From Felis catus (taxonomy: Eukaryota), in contig NC_058368.1 of assembly GCF_018350175.1 (NCBI RefSeq), positions 210,430,001-210,494,000 on the forward strand: a stretch of 64,000 nt of DNA. Reading direction: 5' to 3'. Numbering within the stretch: the first letter of the stretch is position 1; each line of letters begins with the position of its first letter. Below are positions 51,701 to 61,300 of this stretch, in pieces. The translations under genes were made by a program, and so were the position numbers. Below the pieces are notes generated by a model. The model did no database searches. It saw only the letters and a list, made by a program, of their open reading frames with translations, and was not told the origin of the DNA.

Positions 51701-54700
51701 TATATATAGATCTTGAAAAACCTAACAGAAGACCAGGGGGGAAGGGAAGAGTAAAAAAGTAATTACAAAGAAGAGAGAAGGAGGCAAACCATAAGAGACT
51801 CTCAAATATAGGGAACAATCTGAGGATTGATGGGTGGGTGGAGGAGAGGGGAAAATGGGTGGTGGGCATTGAGGAGGTCACTTGTTCGGATGAGCACTGG
51901 GTGTTGTATGTAAGCAATGAACCATAGGAATCTACCCCAAAAAACAAGAGCACACTTTACACACTTTATGTTACCCAATTTTATTATAAATTATGTTAAA
52001 AAAATAAAAATTTCTGTTCTTGGAATTACCTGTCAAGGGAATAAGAGGTGGAGACACAGACCAAGAGTAAGTATTTGCATAGATAAACCTGATAAAGACT
52101 ATTATTCAAAATGTAATACACACAAATACACAACCATATATATAAAATACACAAATAACTCTTAAAACTCAGTAATAACAAAAAAACCCCAATTAAAAAT
52201 TTTTAAATGGGCCAACCACCTTCCCAGAACTCTTATCAAAGAAGACGGACAGATGGCTCATAAACATATGAAGGAGACAAATGACAGATTTTTCTCCAGC
52301 ATCTACCTCAGCTCCCAGAGTGCTTACTGTCCCCTACTGGGCCAGGAGAGCAACTGGCACTCACCCAGACACTAGCACCTCTGGTCTGTCATTGGAACAC
52401 TCCTAAATGGCCATATCTCCACAGACAAGGATGAGGGATGAGGATGACCCTGGTACTGGGCCATGTTCACAATGAAGAAAGAGGTTCCCATCACGTCAAC
52501 TTTCCTCTTCTTAAAACATTGTTATACATGGAAGTCCTGTATCTAGATGTCGCTGCTATAGTATGCATTAAGTGCCTCATGTGCAACGTGGGCAATTGTG
52601 GTAGTGGGCTGGACACCTAAGGCTCTCTTGATTTATTTGTGATTATTGAAAGTATTTGTATGGTATGGTGTGTCCTGAGGTCTCAGAAAAATGACTTCAA
52701 GGCCACCATAAACAACAGATATGAGCAGAGTGCAGAACCTCCCTCGCTATCCTCAGAGCTATGAGAACAGTATCAAGACAGTGAGCTCTAGGCACTGACA
52801 GGAGGGTGTATTCGGTTAATAGATGTCTTTCAATTCATAGGTGTCTAGGTTTCCATGAACAACTCTGTTCACATACTTTCCTTTCTTACCACTCCAGGAA
52901 TTTGAGAATTTTATCAGCAAGTTTGGAGACTCTGGTTTTGTTCTTGTGGCCCTGGGCTCCATGGTGAGCACCTATCAGTCCCAGGAAGTTCTCATGGAGA
53001 TGAACAGTGCCTTTGCTCATCTCTCCCAAGGGGTGATATGGAAGTGTAAGCCTTCTAAGTGGCCCAAAGATGTCAAATTGGCAGCAAATGTGAAAATCGT
53101 GGACTGGCTTCCTCAGAATGACCTCTTGGGTAAGGACTGACCAGATCTATTTCTCTTTTTCTACTTATGTCTCTTTAGGGCTCCACGGGGCAACTCCATC
53201 ACTGTGAGAAGGGATGTTGGTAGCTAAAGATAATGTTTAGCGGACAGGAATGGACCAGCCACTTGGAGATCCTGGGAAATCAGGCTATACGTCAAAAATG
53301 TTTAAAAATGCCGTGTTTGCTTCTTCCTTTCTATTTCAGTCCTGATATTTTCAGTCGGAAGTGATATTTTTGTCAGGTTATTTTAACCCTAACATATTTG
53401 CATTGAAGAAAGTTATCCAAACCTAATCAAAGACGGCTTGTGGACTTTGAGAACACACATCAGGGGTCTTCTTGTCATTGCTTTTCCTGGGCCCTTGAGA
53501 ACCTGTTAGGCCACGTGCCATTACACACACACCCCCCCCCCCACACACACATACACACATGTTAGCACATTCTCCTATGCTACAAAAGGTATAGTCATAC
53601 TTTCAAAAAATTGATGTTGATGGTGTCTGAAGGGTGTGCCAAAATATCTGACTGTCAAAGTGAGTAACTTGTCAGCCAGTTATTTGGTCCATAAAATTGT
53701 CTGGTAACAGTTCCTTACACCCCAAGGTTTTCTTTGTCCTTGTGCCAGTTTTTTCAGCATCCTAGCTACCACCACAACTGAATACCTCAGAGGTTCACCC
53801 CAAGATTATTCACCCCAAGGCTCACAAACATATTGGGAACTTAAGATAGAGTGTTCTGCATATTTTTTTTTTCACAAGGCATGGAGTAAAAAGGATTCTG
53901 ATTTTCAAGGAAACACCAATCGATTCTGATGCACATCCCTGTTGAGAGGCACTGTTTGAGATGAACTCTTCATTATCAACACTTGTTTTGGTTTTCTCTA
54001 AAAAAGAGTAGAGTAGCACACGGGAACTGGAAATACTGAGATGGGTGGTCCATCAAGCCCTACTTTAGAGGATTTCTTATTAAATTGAGGAGAAAGCACA
54101 TAGAGTGTATGTTTGAGGAATGCCAGGTGAGATGTGATGACAATAGAAGTATTAAGACTTCAATAAGAGGAAAATAATGGGCAGTGAAGGAGAGAGGGTG
54201 AGACGTGGAGAGCGAGAGACAGAAAAGAGACAGAAGGAGACACAAAGAGAGCAGACATAAGAAAAGCAAAGAGAGAAACAGGGTAGAGAGAAGAATGGAT
54301 GGATGGATAGGTGGATGGATAGTTGGGAGGAGGAATGTGCCTTGCTTAACACTGTTCTCTACAGCTTTCCCTTGGCTCTGAGTCTTAGATGGATTGACTT
54401 AGAGGAATCTCTGTACACAGACAAGGCCAGAATCTTCTATCTTGGAATATGCACCCTTGAGTGTGTTCAAAGCTGGATCAGTAAATCCATTTTCTCCACC
54501 ATACCTTGAAATCCTTTGGTATTTTCCTCTGCCCTGATGCTTTCCCTGGTGTTCTGAAAGTTTTCATGCTGAAATATTCCTGATTTACAACAGCTCACCC
54601 ACGCATCCGTCTTTTTGTCACCCATGGTGGGTTGAATAGCATAATGGAGGCCATCCAACATGGTGTGCCCATCGTGGGGATTCCAGTCCTTGGAGACCAG

Positions 54701-57068
54701 CCTGAAAACATGGTCCGAGTAGAAGCCAAGAAATTTGGTGTCTCTATCCAGTTAAAGCAGATCAAGGCAGAGACATTGGCTCTGAAGATGAAGGAAGTCA
54801 TAGAAGACAAGAGGTATGCAGCTCTCTGAACTTGTCATTGAGACTAAAAGAAGATATGAAATACGATGGGTACTGTGTGGCACTGTTTTGCAAAAAGGCA
54901 AAACTTTAGGGACAGACAATGATATGCATATGATACTAATACCTGTTCTGTTTCCTCTGAGAGTAAGACTATGTATTTAGGTTAGATGCTGCGAACAATT
55001 TTCTACCATAAGTATTGCAAAGACTCTGACCTATTTACACTGGGTCTCAGAGAGGTATTTTGATGCTGCTTATAGTAGAATTTCACTGAGGCAGGAGGTC
55101 TTCTTTTTGTCCCCCAATAAGCCACACTGTTTCTCCAGCCTCAGGCCCTTTGTCAGTGCTGCTCCCTAGAACATCCTTCCTTCTCCTCTCAGGACTGGTT
55201 CCTTCATGACCATTGGGCTCATCTTCAATGTCCTCTCCTCAGAGAAGTGGTCTTTGTCTGACAGTCCTAAATGCACTCCTCTCTCACCCCCTTCAATTGT
55301 AATTTGTTTTTTCTTCTTAACACTTCTCAGGATAGGTAACTACCCCATTTCTTTCTGTTTTTGCTTTATTGTGGGTCCCTCATATTAGAAAGTAGAGAGT
55401 AAGCCCCCTTGGATGGCAAAGTGTGTCTGTTTTTTCCCCTGAGCTCACTCACCAGGCCTAGCACAGGGCCTGCCACAAAGTAGGTTGAGATGAATTTCTG
55501 TTAAGTGACTTGGTAGAAGGACCCATGATATCTTATGTAAATTCCCATCCAGCACAATGATCTGATAATGAGGATGGGTAGAATATCTTATTAGCATCTT
55601 CAGGACATCTACCCTGAGTCAGGGGTATGTTACATCACATATATTCATACGTGCTTTTTCCTTTAGTGTACCATAAGCCTCCTGGGAAGAGACTTTTCCT
55701 TACAGCTTAGTCACTGTTTTATAGTTTAGCACTTTTTGGCCCTAGGAATGGATCTTTGCATGAAGGCACCAGTTTGAACTTTTCAATGTGACCCAGCTAG
55801 ACTGTGGCAAGACCAGTGGTGTAGACTCTAAGTCTAAAGTTCTTTTTTTTCCAGCAAAAGAGCAGACACAGGATTAAAGCGAGAGATGGCAAATGTCCAG
55901 GAAAAAGACAAGAGCCCCAAATAAGGGTCCTTGCCCCATATTTATTCAGATCAGAAGGCTTACAAATGCGATGGGCGTACACAGAGAGACAAAGAAACTG
56001 TGAACATTAACTTTTGGACGTAGGGGAAAAAGGAAGTTTTGAAGATGTACAGTGTTTGGGGTTTGGGTCAATATAAAACAAAATCTGGGTAATGGGCAGA
56101 TGGTTAGATGGTTGTTAACAGCAGACAGGAGGCACCATGCCTGTTTATCTTAGCTAGCCTAGAGGATGAGACAGGGGAAATAACCTCAGGGTTAATAAGG
56201 CATCTTTTCTTTTGTTAACTATCTTCACTCTGGGCTGCTTCGCCTGCAGCACAGTGGTCCATAGTCTAATTCACCAATTTACCTAACCTGGCCCCATTCT
56301 CCTGTGAAAGCAGCTTTTCTGCTATAGTACTAAACTGGGGGTGCTTCCACCCTGAACATCTAATCTTGATTATTTCATATACCTATGTATTGGGCACCTG
56401 TGTGCTGTTTCTATTTCAGGCCTTTGCCTTTCCCTTTCTATTTTGGAGGCTCTGCACCCCCTCTCTATTTTGCCTTTGCACCTCCCTATTTCTGGCACCT
56501 TTCTGCCTCCCTATTCTTGGGGCGTCTTTGCACCCCCTATTTTTGGAGTGCCAATCTGGTTTACTGAAACTCGGGTGTGAGCATTTTAGGACTTTGTATT
56601 TCTTTATGCCTTGTTACCGCATTGGTGTAAGCCCAGGGGATTCCTAAGCTTATCCCCTACAGACCAGGCCAGCACTTTTCCTTGAAACTGAGTCTTCTGT
56701 GCACATGGAGGCAAGAATGTGTGTGTGATACGTTGTCTCTAAGTCTTTTGAGGCCAAAGGAGTAATGCCCCGCCTCTGTGTCTGCCAACAGGTACAAGTC
56801 AGCAGCAGTGGCCGCCAGCATCATCAGGCACTCCCACCCCCTGACCCCTGCCCAGAGGTTGGTGGGCTGGATTGACCACATCCTCCAGACAGGGGGTGCG
56901 GCCCACCTCAAGCCCCATGCCCTGCAGCAGCCGTGGCATGAGCAGTACCTGCTGGACGTCTTCTTGTTCCTGCTGGTGGTCACCTTGGGCACCCTGTGGC
57001 TCTGCGGGAAGCTGCTGGGCATGGTGGCCAGGTGGTTGTGTGGGGCCAGGAAGCTGAAGAAGGCCTGA
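30263..57068 (+). CDS. UGT3A: UDP-glycosyltransferase 3A family member, copy B (complete, 7 exons, 521 aa)
   Basis: Exons 30263-30356, 32555-32656, 39576-39684, 41489-42020, 52898-53129, 54594-54813 and 56792-57068 sum to 1566 nt with an open frame. Signal peptide [27 protein letters not shown] catalytic His, UGT signature, TM and KLKKA are all present. Confidence 0.95.
32555..32656 (+). CDS. UGT3A: UGT3A copy B exon 2 (102 nt)
   Basis: cctag|AT GGA AGC CAT TAT...ATC CCA A|gtatgt; [34 protein letters not shown]. Confidence 0.93.
34380..34430. repeat. (TTTC)n tetranucleotide microsatellite
   Basis: Direct reading; the homologous copy-A site (~5610-5670) is a degenerate pyrimidine tract. Confidence 0.9.
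34939..35147 (-). mobile_element. Young felid SINE inserted at the tail of an older SINE
   Basis: CpG-rich reverse-complement SINE ending GGCGCCCC, directly followed by the older SINE at 35150-35336. Confidence 0.9.
35150..35336 (-). mobile_element. Older carnivore SINE (5'-truncated), shared with copy A 6250-6460
   Basis: Diverged SINE body at the homologous position. Confidence 0.75.
35430..35865 (-). mobile_element. 5'-truncated carnivore L1 3' end, copy-B specific
   Basis: Poly-T tail followed by ACAACACCCAGTGCTCATCCCAACAAGTGCCCTCCTCAAT (same L1 3' UTR as at 58420); absent in copy A (~6550). Confidence 0.85.
36810..39030 (-). mobile_element. Fossil class III ERV internal region (duplicate of 7500-9500)
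   Basis: Near-identical to the copy-A segment; interrupted by the SINE at 37832. Confidence 0.75.
37832..38039 (+). mobile_element. Young felid SINE, copy-B specific
   Basis: Perfect TSD AAAAGTAATGTAGA at 37818-37831 and 38040-38053; empty site in copy A at ~8508-8521. Confidence 0.95.
39576..39684 (+). CDS. UGT3A: UGT3A copy B exon 3 (109 nt)
   Basis: tttag|AA AAG AAG...GGC AG|gtaatt; [36 protein letters not shown]. Confidence 0.88.
41489..42020 (+). CDS. UGT3A: UGT3A copy B exon 4 (532 nt)
   Basis: aacag|A GAA GCA TTT GAC...CCA CAA|gtaagt. Confidence 0.95.
42515..42706 (-). mobile_element. Older carnivore SINE within old L1 3' sequence
   Basis: Reverse-complement SINE ending CCACCCAGGTGCTCC; only its tail end survives in copy A (13055-13105). 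Confidence 0.8.
43300..43520 (-). mobile_element. Carnivore SINE
   Basis: Ends CCCAGGTGCCCC; flanking repeat AGAGATTAATCTCT. Confidence 0.85.
43768..43915 (-). mobile_element. Truncated carnivore SINE
   Basis: Partial SINE body flanked by GGTCT on both sides. Confidence 0.7.
45700..45885 (-). mobile_element. Older carnivore SINE
   Basis: Ends GAGCCACCCAGGTGCCCC. Confidence 0.8.
45933..46153 (-). mobile_element. Young felid SINE
   Basis: CpG-rich body; TSD TGTATATACCATAT at 45918-45931 and 46154-46167. Confidence 0.9.
51565..52006 (+). mobile_element. 5'-truncated carnivore L1 3' end, copy-B specific
   Basis: GCAGCAACGTGGATGGAACTGG..GAGCACTGGGTGTTGTATG..A tail; empty site TTTTAAAAATTTCTGTTCT in copy A (~18200). 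Confidence 0.85.
52898..53129 (+). CDS. UGT3A: UGT3A copy B exon 5 (232 nt)
   Basis: ccag|GAA TTT GAG...TTG G|gtaagg. Confidence 0.95.
54594..54813 (+). CDS. UGT3A: UGT3A copy B exon 6 (220 nt)
   Basis: aacag|CT CAC CCA...AAG AG|gtatgc. Confidence 0.95.
55817..56661 (-). mobile_element. Solo LTR with 6-bp TSD (probably class II/betaretrovirus-like), copy-B specific
   Basis: TG...CA termini (minus strand TGTAGGGG...CTACACCA); TSD GACCAG at 55811-55816 and 56662-56667; minus-strand AATAAA at 55941-55946; degenerate tandem repeats at 56390-56550; empty site AAACCAGGCC in copy A (~22043). Confidence 0.85.
56792..57068 (+). CDS. UGT3A: UGT3A copy B exon 7 coding part (277 nt incl. TGA)
   Basis: aacag|G TAC AAG...; [15 protein letters not shown] helix, KLKKA stop. 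Confidence 0.95.
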
Positions 57069-57214
57069 TGGGGGTGCATCCTTGATGGGTATTTGAGAAG
57101 CCACTGGTTCTACAAAGTCTCCAACCATACAGGAAACCCCTAGTGTCTCCCTGTATTCCACCTGATGGTGGCACATAAATTGCTCTTCACTGCTGCCTGT
57201 GTTTAAAAATTCTT

Positions 57215-57425
57215 GGGACATCTGGGTGGCTCAGCCGGTTAAGCGTCTGACTTCAGCTCAGGTCATGATCTTGCAGTTTGTGAGTTTGAGCCTCACTTTG
57301 GGCTCTGTGCTGACAGCTTAGAGCCTGGAGACTGCTTTGGATTCTATGTCTCCTTCTATCTCTGCCCCTCCCCCACTTGTGCTCTGCCTCTATCAAAAAT
57401 AAATAAATGTAAATAAAAAGAATTT
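57215..57425 (+). mobile_element. Carnivore SINE in the 3' UTR region of copy B
   Basis: GGGACATCTGGGTGGCTCAG start and AATAAA-containing tail; approximate TSD AAAA(G)ATTCTTG; absent in copy A (~22585). Confidence 0.88.
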
Positions 57426-58368
57426 AAAAAGATTCTTGTGAAGGATTCTTGGGATTCTCCTTTAAATTGTGGTAAAATATACATTATATAACATTTGTCA
57501 TTTTTACCATTAAGTATGCAGTCAGTGGCATTTAGCCATTGTCATTACGCTGCAAACATCTCTACCACTCATTCCAGAACAGTTTTCATCATTCCAGAGT
57601 AAACTAACTCCACACTGATCAAACAGTGATTCCTCATATATATGCTCCCCTCCACCCGAATCTCCATCAATCCCTGTTCTACTTTCTGTGCCTGTGAATT
57701 TGATCTTGGCTTCTTGACTTGCCCCTCATCAATGGACTCCTCACTCAGACCCAAACCTTTAGCAGGCAGCCCACCTTCCTCCCCACTCCCTGTCCTTAGC
57801 ACAGGGCCATGTTTACTTCATCATTGTTGTTTGGACACTTGTCAGTCTCTCTGCCCTTTCTTAATTTAAATTTCATGATATGACATAACATAGTGGCCAG
57901 TTCTTCCATTATGAGTCTTCCTCTTGTATCTCCTTCTCACCTCACTTCTCAGTTCAGGAAGCCTGGCCTCTGTCCAGCAGTTAGGCAGGGGTGGCTCTCC
58001 CAGGACTCCACTCGTGGTCTCTGTCCTGAGTCTGTCTTGGGAGAGCACCTTCTTTGCTGCTCAGACCAGGAAGCTGTCTTTGGCCACAGATGATGCTGTG
58101 TTTTTCACTTCCCACAATTCTCTTCTCAAGTTTCCTACCTCTGAATATGTAGTCATGGAGACCTCTAGAAGGGAAGCTGGACCTTCACGTTAGGCTCTTG
58201 GGCCTTGGGTCCAGTGACTATAGCCATTCCCAAGACTTTGTTGATTTAGAGAGCATCCATCTGCCACCATAATGTGGCAGAGAATATCCTTCTATGTGGA
58301 AATCCCTTTGGAATTACATTCAGTTTCTAGAAACATATACCAGAAAAAGTGTGCCTTAACCACCAAGG

Positions 58369-61300
58369 TTTTTTTTTTTTCCCAGTATATGAAATTCATT
58401 GTCAAATTGGTTTCCATACAACACCCAGTGCTCATCCCAAAACGTGCCCTCCTCAATACCCATCACCCACCCTCCCCTCCCTCCCACCCCCCATCAACCC
58501 TCAGTTTGTTCTCAGTTTTTAAGAGTCTCTTATGCTTTGGCTCCCTCCCACCCTAACCTCTTTTTTTTTTTTCCTTCCCCTCCCCCATGGGTTTCTGTTA
58601 AGTTTCTCAGGATCCACATAAGAGTGAAAACATATGGTATCTGTCTTTCTCTGTATGGCTTATTTCACTTAGCATCACACTCTCCAGTTCCATCCACGTT
58701 GCTACAAAGGGCCATATTTCATTCTTTCTCATTGCCATGTATTACTCCATTGTGTATATAAACCACAATTTCTTTATCCATTCATCAGTTGATGGCCATT
58801 TAGGCTCTTTCCATAATGTGGCTATTGTTGAGAGTGCTGCTATAAACATTGGGGCACAAGTGCCCCTATGCATCAGTACTCCTGTATCCCTTGGGTAAAT
58901 TCCTAGCAGTGCTATTGCTGGGTCATAGGGTAGGTCTATTTTTAACTTTATGAGGAACCTCCACACTGTTTTCCAGAGTGGCTGTACCAGTTTGCATTCC
59001 CACCAACAGTGCAAGAGGGTTCCCATTTCTCCACATCCTCACCAGCATCTATAGTCTCCTGATTTGTTCATTTTAGCCACTCTGACTGGTGTGAGTTGAT
59101 ATCTGAGTGTGGTTTTGATTTGTATTTCCCTGATGAGGAGCGACATTGAGCATCTTTTCACGTGCCTGTTGGCCATCCAGCTGTCTTCTTTAGAGAAGTG
59201 TCTATTCATGTTTTTTGCCCATTTCTTCACTGGGTTATTTGTTTTTTTGGGTGTGGAGTTTGGTGAGCTCTTTATAGATTTTGGATACTAGCCCTTTGTC
59301 CGATATGTCATTTGCAAACATCTTTTCCCATTCCGTTGGTTGCCTTTTAGTTTTGTTGGTTGTTTCCTTTGCTGTGCAGAAGCTTTTTATCTTCATAAGG
59401 TCCCAGGAATTCATTTTTGCTTTGAATTCCCTTGCCTTTGGGGATGTGTCAAGTAAGAAATTGCTATGGCTGAGGTCAGAGAGGTCTTTTCCTGCTTTCT
59501 CCTCTAGGGTTTTGATGGTTTCCTGTCTCACATTCAGGTCCTTTATCCATTTTGAGTTTATTTTTGTGAATGGTGTGAGAAAGTGGTCCAGTTTCAATCT
59601 TCTGCATGTTGCTGTCCAGTTCTCCCAGCACCATTTGTTAAAGAGGCTGTCTTTTTTCCATTGGATGTTCTTTCCTGCTTTGTCAAAGATTAGTTGGCCA
59701 TACGTTTGTGGGTCTAGTTCTGGGGTTTCTATTCTATTCCATTGGTCTATGTGTCTGTTTTTGTGCCAATACCATACTGTCTTGATGATTTTTAACTTTA
59801 TGTAGCTCTACTACAGCTTTGTAGTAGAGGCTAAAGTCTGGGATTGTGATGCCTCCTGCTTTGGTCTTTTTCTTCAAAATTACTTTGGCTATTCGGGCCT
59901 TCTGTGGTTCCATATGAATTCTAGGATTGCTTGTTCTAGTTTTTTTTTTTTTTTTTTTAATTTCTTTTTTTTTTTAATTTTTTTTTCAACGTTTATTTAT
60001 TTTTGGGACAGAGAGAGACAGAGCATGAACGGGGGAGGGGCAGAGAGAGAGGGAGACACAGAATCGGAAACAGGCTCCAGGCTCTGAGCCATCAGCCCAG
60101 AGCCCGACGCGGGGCTCGAACTCACGGACCGCGAGATCGTGACCTGGCCGAAGTCGGACGCTTAACCGACTGCGCCACCCAGGCGCCCCGCTTGTTCTAG
60201 TTTTGAGAAGAATGCTGGTGCAATTTTGTTTGGGATTGCATTGAATGTGTAGATAGCTTTGGGTAGTATTGACATTTTGACAATATTATTCTTCCAATCC
60301 ATTAGCATGGAATATTTTTCCACTTCTTTATATCTTCTTCAATTTCCTTCATAAGCTTTCTATAGTTTTCACATACAGATCTTGTACATCTTTGGTTAGA
60401 TTTATCCTTAGGTATTTTATGCTTCTTGGTGCAATTGTGAATGGGATCAGTTTCTTTGTCTTTCTGTTGCTTCATTGTTAGTGTATAAGAATGCAACTGA
60501 TTTCTGTACATTGATTTTGTATCCTGCAACTTTGCTGAATTCATGTATCAGTTCTAGCAGACTTTTGGTGGAGTCTATCGGATTTTCCATGTATAATATC
60601 ATATCATCTGCAAAAAGTGAAAGCTTGACTTCATCTTTGCCAATTTTGATGCCTTTGATTTCCTTTTGTTGTCTGATTGCTGATGCTAGCACTTCCAACA
60701 CTATGTTAAACAACAGCGGTGACAGTGGACATCCCTGTCGTGTTCCTGATCTCAGGGAAAAAGCTCTCAGTTTTTCCCCATTGAGGATGATGTTAGCTGT
60801 GGGCTTTTCATAAATGGCTTTTATGATCTTTAAGTATGTTCCTCCTATCCCGACTTTCTCGAGGGTTTTTATTAAGAAACGTTGTTGAATTTTGTCAAAG
60901 GCCTTTTCTGCATCGATTGAGAGGATCATATGATTCTTATCTTTACTTTTATTAATGTGATGTATCATGTTGATTGATTTGCGAATGTTGAACCAGCCCT
61001 GCATCCCAGGAATGAATCCCACTTGATCATGGTGAATAATTCTTTTTATATGCTGTTGAATTCGATTTGCTAGTATCTTATTGAGAATTTTTGCACCTAT
61101 ATTCATCAGGGATATTGGCCGGTAGTTCTCTTTTTTTACTGGGTCTCTGTCTGGTTTAGGAATCAAAGTGATACTGGCTTCATAGAATGACTCTGGAAGT
61201 TTTTCTTCCCTTTCTATTTTTTGGAATAGCTTGACAAGGATAGGTATTATCTCTGCTTTAAACGTCTGGTAGAACTCCCCTGGGAAGCCATCTGGTCCTG

